Source: Mantamonas sphyraenae STR306 (lineage: Eukaryota; Protista; CRuMs). Taken from it: a stretch of DNA of 64,000 bases. The notes beneath the pieces were generated by a model. That model did no database searches, was not told the DNA's origin, and saw only the letters and a list, made by a program, of their open reading frames with translations. Position numbers and translations under genes: made by a program. Below, piece by piece: positions 1 through 10,200 of the stretch. Numbering within the stretch: position 1 is the first letter of the stretch; every line of letters begins with the position of its first letter. The DNA is taken from contig JAPMXV010000002.1 of the NCBI GenBank assembly GCA_026936335.1, positions 1 through 64,000 of the forward strand. The letters run 5' to 3'.

Positions 1-248
1 ACCCTAACCCTAACCCTAACCCTAACCCTAACCCTAACCCTAACCCTAACCCTAACCCTAACCCTAACCCTAACCCTAACCCCTAACCCTAACCCTAACC
101 CTAACCCTAACCCTAACCCTAACCCTAACCCTAACCCTAACCCTAACCCTAACCCTAACCCTAACCCTAACCCTAACCCTAACCCTAACCCTAACTCTAA
201 CCTTAACCCTAACTCTAACCCTAATCCTAACCCTAACCCTATTCCTAG
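1..248. repeat. Telomeric repeat array (CCCTAA)n = (TTAGGG)n; left chromosome end
   Basis: About 40 tandem CCCTAA units from base 1. One CCCCTAA variant near 80, and degenerate units (CTCTAA, CCTTAA, TCCTAA, TTCCTA) at ~195-248 as expected at the proximal edge. Confidence 0.99.
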
Positions 249-892
249 TTTTTGGATGTTGCGGTCCGGTCTAGGTCGTGTGAGTTGTGCTTGAGTCTGT
301 TGGCGGGGTGGCTTAGTTTTGTGGTGACATGAGGAAGTGGGCAATGGGTGGGAGTGGAAATATTGCTGGTGAGTGGCCTTCGCCCTGCAACGCCGCGCAG
401 TCAGCACTGCCCGTCCGCCTTCAACCAAAATATCACCAACACCCGCCACACCCTCCACTAGTCCAACACAATCCACATACACTCCAGTACAACCACCACC
501 ATCATGGACAAAGACTACTCAAGCACTCCGAAGCAACAACACACACCCATCACCTACCCGGCGTGCGTTCTGCCTTCCACTCCGTTTTTCTGACTGCCCG
601 CTCCCGCTTCCTTGCCTCCTCCATGCCTCCGTCGCTTCCCTGCACTCCTCCCCTGCATCTCCACTTCCCCATCACCCCCGTTACTGTCTTCTCCGCTTTT
701 CTCCGATCCCCTCTCCCCTGTCACTGCCCTCCCCGTTGCCATTTTCCCCGTCTGCCAATCTCCTCCGTTTTCCCTCTTTGCTCGTTCCAGCCTCCCTTCA
801 CCCCGCTCCTGCCTTGACGGCGTCCGTTCCACCTTCCACTCACCGTTTCCACCCCGCCCTGCCCCTCCCTTTCCTCCCACAGCTATGCGTAC

Positions 893-3800
893 ATGGTCCC
901 TCCCATGGCTGCCCAGCCGTTTCCGAACATGCTGCCCGTTTCTGGCGTACAAAACCCGTACCAGCACCCACAACCACCTATCATCTGGGTCCCTGTCAAA
1001 GCCCACCCCCATCAGCACCACGCATATGCTCATCAGGGCCATCCATACTACGCCTACCCTCCTCCGCCGCCTCCTCCGCCGCGACAAACCGCCCAGACGC
1101 ACTTCGCTCAGACTCCGTTGCACCCTCCGCCTGCTCAACCCACCACAAACCACAACCGCGTCCGCAAACGCATCAGCCCTGCTTTTGTCGGCATCACACG
1201 GACCACATCCACCACCACATCGTCGTCCTCCTCCCACCAGGCCACACGGCAGACAGGAGACAGCGACGACGACGACGCAGACCAGGACACGCACATACCT
1301 GACACCAGCGACGTGGAGGACCTCATGTCCCTGAATTTTGGTCACCGTGAAGCACGGTCAAACTCCAGCAACTCAGAGTGGATGACCAGCTCAGGGATGG
1401 AGGCGTACGAAGAAGACGGCGAGGCAAACGACGCAACCCAGCAGCAAGTGGACGACGAGATGGAAACTCAGGGCGCACTCAGCTTCGCAGACACTGATGA
1501 TGCCATGGATGAGGAGTACATGCCGCAAGACGACAGCGACGACGACGCAGACGACATGGAGCAGGAGGACACGGACGAATGGCAGCCGAGACACACAAGT
1601 AGAGGCAGCGCACAACGGCCCAGAGGTCACATCAGCCGTCATGCTGGTCCACAAACGATCAAAGGCGGCGGACAGAGCAGGCTCGGGTTCACGGCTGGCA
1701 GTGGCACAGAGACAGGAACGTCGAGCACACGAGCAAGGAGGACAGAGAACGGAGACACCGGCGCAGGGAAGAAAGCAGGCGTGGACAAGAGGAACAAGTT
1801 GCCAGATGGCGTTGTGCGCAAAGGGTGGAAAATGGGACCCAGTGACGACCGCAGCCACAGCAACAAGAAGGAGCACACGGCACTGCTGAAGCACATACAC
1901 ACTCTGGCCAACCAGCATCCCATCGACGACATCACCGACCTCATGACGCTGCAAGCGCGTGTTGTGGTCTGTCATGGCACCCTGAACACGCTCGTCCGAC
2001 AGATTCTGCTCGCTCTGGGCAACATTCCCCTCTCCCAGGGCGAGATATCCTTCTGCGTCATCCTTCTCGGTCGAAATGAGGATCGACGGGCGTGCAGAAA
2101 AGCCATCCCCCACGCTGGTCTGGCCATGGGTGTGACCAAGGCTGGGTTGAAGGTGTGCTGGATGGAGGAGCCACATGACCACGGCGACCCCAACTACGCC
2201 CTCCTCCACCTTCTCATGACAGAAATGGACACTCTCGGCAACAGGCCCCATCCCACCACCTGGAAGGAGCACGAGCAGACCCAGCTGTGGCTGCAGAAAG
2301 CACGGCGCCCTGCTGACAACAACAGCGACCCACACTGGACACAATGCGACTACGACCACCAACTCCCCACAAACAAGGTGGAGACTTGGCATCCTGAGTC
2401 TGTGCGCAGCGGCTGGAGCACATACCTGCACAACGACGAGCGTGGCAGCTGCACGGCTCGGGAGTTTCAGTCGCTGCTGGCACACATGAAGGCACGCGCA
2501 GCCAAGCACCCTCGCCATCAGCATGCGCACGAGCACCATGCACTGCGGGAACTGATCAACAACGGCAGCATGAATTCCCTGCTGCGACACATCATCCTGG
2601 CGCTGGGCAACGTTGGCGTGCCGCCTGTCGACCTGGCCTTCTTTGTCCGCCTCCTCAGGCCACGCGTCACTTACAGGCTGCTTTCCCCTGCCATCGGCAA
2701 CACACTCGCCCGTGGCGTCACCTCCCTTTCCCTCAAGATCGCCTGGCTCGACAAACCCCAACCCAGCGACGCCACACTGCACACCCTCCTCCACACCCTC
2801 ATCGACCGCATCATACCCTACATCACCACCCGTCCCACCACAGTCGACGCCGTCAACACCCTCGACATCCCCGAGCTTGTTCTTCCCGAGACCACCGAGG
2901 AGGAAGTGGTGGCCACGGAGGATGGACTGCCAGATGGCGTTGTGCGCAGTGGATGGACAACATGGCGCAAGAGCGAGCGCAGCCACAGCAACAAGAAGGA
3001 GCACACGGCACTGCTGAGACACATGCTCACTCTGGCGAACGAGCATCCCATCGACAACATCCCAGACCTCATGACGCTGCAGGCGCGTGTTGTGGTCTGC
3101 CATAGCACAATGACCACGCTGGTGCGACAGATCCAGCTCATTCTGGGCAACATTCCCCTCTCCCAGGGCGACATGGCCTTCTGCCTCATCCTGCTCGGAC
3201 GTGAAATTGATCAACAGGCATGCAGCCATGCCATCCCCCACGCTGGTCTGGCCATGGGTGTGACAAAGGCTGGGTTGAAGGTGTGTTGGCTGGAGGAGCC
3301 ACACGACCACGGCGACCCCAACTACGCCCTCCTCCACCTGCTCATGACAGAGATGGACACTCTCGGCGACAGCCCCCATCCCACCACCTGGAAGGAGCAC
3401 GAGCAGACCCAGCTGTGGCTGCAGAAAGCACGGCGCCCTGCTGACAATGACAGCGACCCACACTGGACTCAATCCGACTACGACCACCAACTCACCAACA
3501 CCGAGGTGGACAAGTGGTATCCTGAGTCTGTGCGCGATGGCTGGAACAGTGCCAATCACGGCGACGAGCGTGGCAGCTGCACGGCGCGGGAGTTCCAGAC
3601 GCTGCTGGCACACATGAAGGCACGCGCAGCCAAGCACCCTCGCCATATCCACACAAACGAGCACCAGGCACTGCGTGAGTTGATCAACAACGGCAGCCTG
3701 CACTCCCTGCTGCGCCACATCATCCTGGCGCTGGGCAACGTTGCTGTGCCGCCTATCGACCTGGTCTTCTTTGTACGCCTCCTCAGGCCACAACTCACCT

Positions 3801-4090
3801 ACCGGCAGGTTGAACGTGCCATCAAGAACACCCTCACCCGCGGTGTCACATCCCTCTCCCTCAAGATCGCCTGGCTTGACAACCCCAAACCCAGCGACGC
3901 AACACTGCACACCCTCCTCCACACCCTCATCGACCGCATCACACCCCACATTACCACCCGCCCCACCACCCCCGCACTCGTCAACGCCTACCCCATCCCC
4001 TCCTTCACCCTGCCCAGGCGCACAGACCCTTCCTCCTCTTCCTCCTCCTCCTCCTCCTCCTCCTCCTCCAAACGCCAACGCCTCGAATAA
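893..4090 (+). CDS. Subtelomeric hypothetical protein (1065 aa): Pro/His/Gln-rich and acidic N-terminus, then four homologous ~170-aa helical domains (A-B-A-B)
   Basis: Uninterrupted ATG-TAA ORF. An internal 1128-bp duplication keeps frame. The shared motif VRxGW...E...LLxH...HP...LxRxIxLxLGN...GVT...LKxxW...LLHxL occurs four times. No family recognised. Confidence 0.8.
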   Translation: MVPPMAAQPFPNMLPVSGVQNPYQHPQPPIIWVPVKAHPHQHHAYAHQGHPYYAYPPPPPPPPRQTAQTHFAQTPLHPPPAQPTTNHNRVRKRISPAFVGITRTTSTTTSSSSSHQATRQTGDSDDDDADQDTHIPDTSDVEDLMSLNFGHREARSNSSNSEWMTSSGMEAYEEDGEANDATQQQVDDEMETQGALSFADTDDAMDEEYMPQDDSDDDADDMEQEDTDEWQPRHTSRGSAQRPRGHISRHAGPQTIKGGGQSRLGFTAGSGTETGTSSTRARRTENGDTGAGKKAGVDKRNKLPDGVVRKGWKMGPSDDRSHSNKKEHTALLKHIHTLANQHPIDDITDLMTLQARVVVCHGTLNTLVRQILLALGNIPLSQGEISFCVILLGRNEDRRACRKAIPHAGLAMGVTKAGLKVCWMEEPHDHGDPNYALLHLLMTEMDTLGNRPHPTTWKEHEQTQLWLQKARRPADNNSDPHWTQCDYDHQLPTNKVETWHPESVRSGWSTYLHNDERGSCTAREFQSLLAHMKARAAKHPRHQHAHEHHALRELINNGSMNSLLRHIILALGNVGVPPVDLAFFVRLLRPRVTYRLLSPAIGNTLARGVTSLSLKIAWLDKPQPSDATLHTLLHTLIDRIIPYITTRPTTVDAVNTLDIPELVLPETTEEEVVATEDGLPDGVVRSGWTTWRKSERSHSNKKEHTALLRHMLTLANEHPIDNIPDLMTLQARVVVCHSTMTTLVRQIQLILGNIPLSQGDMAFCLILLGREIDQQACSHAIPHAGLAMGVTKAGLKVCWLEEPHDHGDPNYALLHLLMTEMDTLGDSPHPTTWKEHEQTQLWLQKARRPADNDSDPHWTQSDYDHQLTNTEVDKWYPESVRDGWNSANHGDERGSCTAREFQTLLAHMKARAAKHPRHIHTNEHQALRELINNGSLHSLLRHIILALGNVAVPPIDLVFFVRLLRPQLTYRQVERAIKNTLTRGVTSLSLKIAWLDNPKPSDATLHTLLHTLIDRITPHITTRPTTPALVNAYPIPSFTLPRRTDPSSSSSSSSSSSSSKRQRLE
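1799..3995 (+). repeat. Intragenic tandem duplication, period 1128 bp (376 codons)
   Basis: tgccagatggcgttgtgcgca at ~1800 and ~2928; gccatcccccacgctggtctggccatggg at 2102 and 3230; cccagcgacgc..cactgcacaccctcc at ~2762 and ~3890. The offset is constant at 1128. Confidence 0.95.
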
Positions 4091-4255
4091 ACCCTCTCAA
4101 TGCCTCTACAGCACAACCTAATCTCCTCAAGCAAACGCCTCCCCTCTCCATCAACCTCTTCCTTCGAAAAGACCTGGTCCACCACTCTCCACCGCACAAA
4201 CGCACGCACCAGCTCCACCAACACTAATCAAGTCCCAGCGACCACTGCGTACACG

Positions 4256-7200
4256 ATGACCACGCGAAAACGATCATCGTCTCCAAAACACGCCCTTATC
4301 GTCGCTTCGGTCCTGCTAATCACAGCAGCTTTCACTGCGGCCTCCACACCATACACAGGCATGTTTCCTCCTCCACCAGCTCGCTCCCTTCCTCGTGCCA
4401 CCCCAACCGCTGTCTCCTCTGCCCGCCCCACCTTCTTCCCCGCGCCCCACCCCTGCTTACCCCTCGCTTCCTCCCGTCATCACCTCCGCAGGCCAAAATC
4501 ACGCAAAGTTCGTCCTGACCCCATGCGATGACTTTGCTACAAACACCAAAACCGTCTCCACATCGGCCACGGCTCCGTCCTACAGTGTCGACGTCAACAC
4601 GGTACAACCACGTGACACCCGCGTGACAACTCCCGGAAATCATGCCTTTGTTCCGGGCGACCTCATCCTACTCCAGCAGTTCATGAGCGCCGACCCCAAG
4701 CTAGACTCCTCTTCGAATCAGCTCGTACGTCCCCGTCACCCCTCCCGTCCACCTCCAACCCGCCTCCTCTTTGCACTCCCTGCACTCCCTGCACTCCCTC
4801 GAGAAAACACACGAAAATTCCCACTTCGCATGCCTTCCCCAGCCGTCACGCCGCACCCGCCCCAACCGTCCCTCTATCCCCTCTCCACCCTCACCCCCTC
4901 CCCCCCCCCCCCCCTCCCCGGCCTTCTGCCTCTCCATCACCTCGTCCACCTTACCCTTACCCTTGCCCACTCTGCTGCTCACACAATCTTCCACCTTCCG
5001 CATCACCCCGTCTCCCCTCTCCCAGGATCCCAACGCCTGGACCATCCGCAAAATCACAGAAACCGGACCGAACTGGTTCCTACTCGATGCCACCGTTCCG
5101 ATTGTCTGCCTGACCTCACAACACGCCAGGTGCCGCGCACATCGCTTCGAACGCATCGGCACCTTTCATCTCTCCGGCACCTATTCCGCCCCAGCCTGGT
5201 ACGCCCCGCCCTCTCCCCTCCCATCCCTCCCTTCCCCTCACTAACCCCCCCCCCCCCCCCCTTCCTCCCCCTCCCTCCTCCCCCCTCCCAGGAACGGCAC
5301 ACAAGGCGGCAACATCCTCCTCCACGTCCGCGAGTTCCACTTCAACGGCACCCTCTCTGCCAAAGGAAAGGGTTTCCGTGGTGGTCCTTCCGTCTCCAGT
5401 CTCAGCGCAGCCCCATCCGCACCTGGCTACCAAGGCGAGGGCGACCGATCCCTCAACGGCACCGGAGAGGAACCCGACTGGCACTTCCCCAACCACGACT
5501 ACAACGTCTACGCCTCTGCCTCCGAAACCTACGGCCCTGGCCAAACTGGAGGCGGCGCAGGACGCATCACCGAAAACGGCTTCTCTGGCGGCGGCGGCGG
5601 CGGATCTCGCACAGACGCCGGCAACGGAAACAACTTTCCAACCCCAGGCATCACCGCTAGTGGCCCCAAAGGCATCAAATCCCCGTTCAGAATGCACTGG
5701 GGTGGCGGTGGAGGCTCGGGCGCCGTCTTTGGCACCCAACAGCCCGCGGGTGCCTCCGGCGCAGGTGGAAACGGCGGCGGTCTCGTCGTCGTCCTCGCCG
5801 ACAAAATCATCCTCGGCCCTGCCGCGGTCATCGACGTCCGCGGCGACGACGGCATGAACAGCACACACACAGATTACTTCGGCACAGGCGGAGGCGGAGG
5901 CGCAGGCTCTGTCTTTGTCCAAGGTGACGGCATCGACCACGACAACCTCCCGGTTTCCCTTCTCCGTCTCAGCGGCGGTGCAGGACACACCACCACAGCA
6001 ATCAAGGGGCCCTCGGGCTCTGGTGGCGATGGTACTTCCTTCATCTTTGGCAAGTCCGGCTGCAACGCCGCCCTCCAGCTCAACAATCCGGCCTCGCCTG
6101 CAGAACCTCTACGCCTTCGCCTCACAAACCTCCACCTCGCCTCCACAAAGGCATGGGGATGCCCATGGCGCGATTGCTTCTTTCGCACCCCGCTCCCCGC
6201 CTACAACACCGTTTTATCACCTTTTTCCTCACTTAACTCCGTCAGCGCCACATCCTTCTTCTGCAGCACAGCAGGTGCTCTCAGTGCTGCCTGGCACTCT
6301 GCCCTCGACGCAGACTTTATCTCCTCCGTTGCTCTCCAGCACGGCCGTGTCGGCGGTCCCTGGACGCGCAGCAACCACGGTCTCTACTTCTCCAACGTCG
6401 ACAACTCCCAAAACGACTTCCAGCCACCCTTTGCCATGGGCCAACCATCCTCCGGCCCAGCTGACGACTGGTCCTACTTCTTCCCTGCCCTTCGCAACAT
6501 CCAATCCCCTCCTCATCTGTCTGTCGGAACCTTCAGCACCACCGCCGTCCTTGTTTGCCGCAGGCACCTCAACGTCACCTGCACCCTGCGTTCCTCCGCA
6601 AACACCACCGTTGTTTCGGGCTCCTTCTCCTCCCTCGACACCGTCGAATGCCCATTCTCACAACTCCCAGACCCGGCCCTCGACTACACCGTCACCATCC
6701 ACCTAGCGGGCCTCAAGGCTGCCTCCCTCTCCTTTGCACATCCCGCCGCACGCTACACACATCCAACCTCCTGTGACCACACCCTATACCCTTCCTCCAC
6801 ACTCGCTCCCGCGGAGCACATCCTCAACCAATACTACACTCTCGCCACAGACGTCCTCCCACACGCCACCACAATCTCCCTTGCCACCCTCCCCTCCCCT
6901 CCATTCACCTCATCCGACTACATCCTCCTCCACGCCACCCAGCGCCGCGACATCTCCCTTGCAAACGCCGCACGCGTGCCCTTTGCCTCCTCCTACATCC
7001 TCGCACGCGTACGCTCTGCAAACGGAAACCACCTCACCCTCGACCGCCCCGCAGGTGCCTTTTTCACACGCCTTGGCTCTCAACTCGTACGCGTCGCCAC
7101 CTACAATGCCCTCACCCTCCCCGACGGCGCATCCATTCTCCCCAAGCCCTGGGACGGCCACACAGGAGGCATCGTTGCCATTCGCGCTGCTTCCCTTCAT

Positions 7201-10200
7201 CTCCATCCGGCCTCCTCCATCAACGCTTCCGCAGCAGGCTTCCGTGGTGGTTCCACACCCCCTCACAGCGGACACGGCATGCCAGGCGAGGGCCAGTACG
7301 GCCTCCCTTCAATCCCCACCACCGCCGCTGCAGGTCTCGGTGCAGGTGCCGGTCCAAACAACCCTCCACGCAGCGGTGCAGGTGCTGCAGGCCCTTCCGC
7401 AAATGGTGTGGCTGCACAAAACTCTCCTGCACAGCCAGGTTGGCAGCCTCCCGTCCTGCGATCCCCGACCTTTGGCGGAGGCGGAGGCGCTGCAGGCGCA
7501 GACAACCCGGGCGATGGCGCACACGGCGCCACAGGCGGAGGTCTCATCGTTCTCGCTGTCGAGAATCCCATCACAGGCAACGGATCTCTCCTTGTCGACC
7601 CGGAACAGCCACGCTGTGGCAACCTTGCCTGTGGAGGCGCAGGCGGACACGGCGCAATCCTCTCCCTCGCCGCGTCTCAGGCTTCCTCCGTTCCGCCCAA
7701 CGCCACCCACGTTGCAGACGCTGCTGCTCTCTGCATCGCACCCTCCTTCTCACAGCGTCCTCAGACAATCCCCTCCTACATCCCGCTCTCCCTCGCCAAT
7801 TTGGCCCTCCCCACAGACACTTCACCCGCCCTCTTTGCTCCCTCTCTACATGCCCATCGCTCAGACGCTCGTCTCTCCTGGACACAGGCCAGGGACGCTT
7901 GCGTCGCGCACCACGGCCCCTCCGCTGTTCTCGCTCCCGTAACCTCGCCCACACAGCTCCAGTGGCTTCTCCGCCACGCCATGGCTCTCCAGAAACCGCC
8001 TTCCGTCGACGACCGCGTCTGGCTCGGCGTCCACTCTCAGCTGCACGCCGCCTCGACACGCCCTCTCGACCCGGACACGCCCTTCCTCGCCTACAATCCC
8101 AGCGTCTCTGCACGTTGGGTCTGCCAGGGCGGCTCCCAGCGCTTCTGTCAGCCCCAGGCCGCCGCAGCAAACTACACCAGCACCGATGCACGTGCTCTAC
8201 ACGCACTCGTTTTCGACCGTGCAGGCAACCTTCTCCTCGCAGGTGCACACGCGCAGAACCTCTTTGTCCAAAAGATCGACCCTGCAGGCGTCTCCCAGTG
8301 GCTCTACACCCTTACAGCCACCTCTGCCTCTCCCGTTGTCGACGCACTTGCCCTCGATCCCCAAGGCAACATCTACGCCGCCGCACGCACGTACGCCTCC
8401 CTCGACGCAAAGCCTCACCAGGGCGCCGCAGACATCTTCCTCCTCAAGCTCGATCCCACAGGCAACAAGCTCCTTTCCACCGCCTTTGGCACCTCTGCAG
8501 ACGATATCCCCGTCGCCCTCATCATGTCTGCAAATGCCTCCTCCTTCTATGTCGCCGGACACAGCGCAGGCGCAAACGCCCCGTTTGCAGGTCGCATTGA
8601 CGCTCGTACTCTCAGCCCGCACTGGGCACTCCTCAACGGCCTCCCTGCCACAGACGCTCTCCACGCCGCCTGCACAGACTCACACGACAACCTCTACCTC
8701 GCCACCGCAAACCAAACTCTCAAACTCGACTCTGCTGGCTCCCTCCTCTGGTCTGTGCCACACGTCGCACGCGCCTGCTTCGTTCACAACCAAACCTTCT
8801 ACGCCACAAACGCTTCTGCTCCCTCCCTCTTTACCCTCGACCCATCCACTGGCGCTCTCCTCTCCACATCCTCCCTCGCCCCCTCCTTCTCCGCTCTCCA
8901 CTCCATTGCCTTGACTCCGTCCGGCCTTCTCGTCCTCGCGGGTCACACTCCTTCCAACTCTCTACTCCAACTCGCCTCCCTCAGCACCCCAAACCAACCC
9001 ATCAACCGCTTCCTCGCTCCCTTTGCAAACAACTCCCGCCTTGCCGTCTCCTGTGCCTCTCAACTTGCGCTCGCTGCCCCGCTCTACACTCCCGCTCACT
9101 TCACTGCGCGCATCTATCCCTCCGCCGTGCCTCCCTCCATCATCTCTCCGACTACCTTCGCCGTCATCCCAGCCTCCACGACCTTCCTCGGCGCATCCTA
9201 CTCGCTCCAATTCGCCGATCCAGATTCCGCTCAGCTCACCCTCACCGTCTCCTGCGGCACAAACTGCTCTCTCAGCACCTCACGTGCCACCGCATCCGCC
9301 CAGCATCTCACTTCCCTTTGGGCCAACATCACCATGACCCCTCCCCCGTCTCCAGTGCCCACAAACAGACTCGTCGTCACCCTCGCCGACGAATCCACTT
9401 CCGTCTCCCTCAACATCTCCCTCCGAGCATGTGCTTCTCACGAGGTCTCCTCCTATGCCCTCCAGTTTGGCACTTCTGCAATCGACGCCCGACCACTGCC
9501 TGCCTTGGACACCGCAGGCAACCTCTTTCTCTCAGCACAGGTCTCCGCTGCCTATCCAGGTCTGACTCACCTTGGCGGAAACGACATCCTCGTCCTCAAG
9601 TACTCTCCAGAAGGCTCCTTCCTCTGGGCTCGTCAGTTTGGCTCCACAAACACAGACACTCCCTACGCCTCCACAACAGACTCGGCTGGCGCCCTCTACC
9701 TCGTCGGCGCGTCAACAACTGCCCCGTTTCTCGGCCAAACAAACGCCGGCTCCACAGACGCGTTTCTTGTCAAGCTTTCATCACACGGAAGCATCCTCTA
9801 CGCAAACCTCCTCGGCACAGTCGGAACCGAACGCTATACCGCTCTTGCCCTTTCCCACGACGAAAACGCCCTCTATGCCGTCGGCGCCTCCACCGCCGCT
9901 CTCTTTGCGGCACAAGCAGGAGGACCCTTTATCGTCAAGCGCGACGCACACACGGGCTCCCTGCTCTGGGGGTTCCAGACGGAGGACGCAGGCACCCAGA
10001 ACTACCTCGCCCTTGCCCTCGATGCAACACAACACGCCTATGCTGCCGGATCCACAACCGCATCCATCGGAGGCCAGCCCATGGTGGGCACCTCGGCGTG
10101 GCTCGTCGTCAAGTACGACGTCTCGCAAAACAATGGCACCTCGGCTCCCGTCTGGACGAGGCTTTTCTCCAGCGCAGGCACAGACTCTGCAAAGGCATGC

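Noticed and set aside
329-1345. Overlapping ORFs next to the telomere
   Set aside because: Low-complexity Pro/Ser/His or Gly/Arg translations produced by compositional skew.
893-4090. Telomere-associated retroelement, helicase or transposase
   Set aside because: No RT, endonuclease, helicase or DDE motifs, and no terminal repeats seen.
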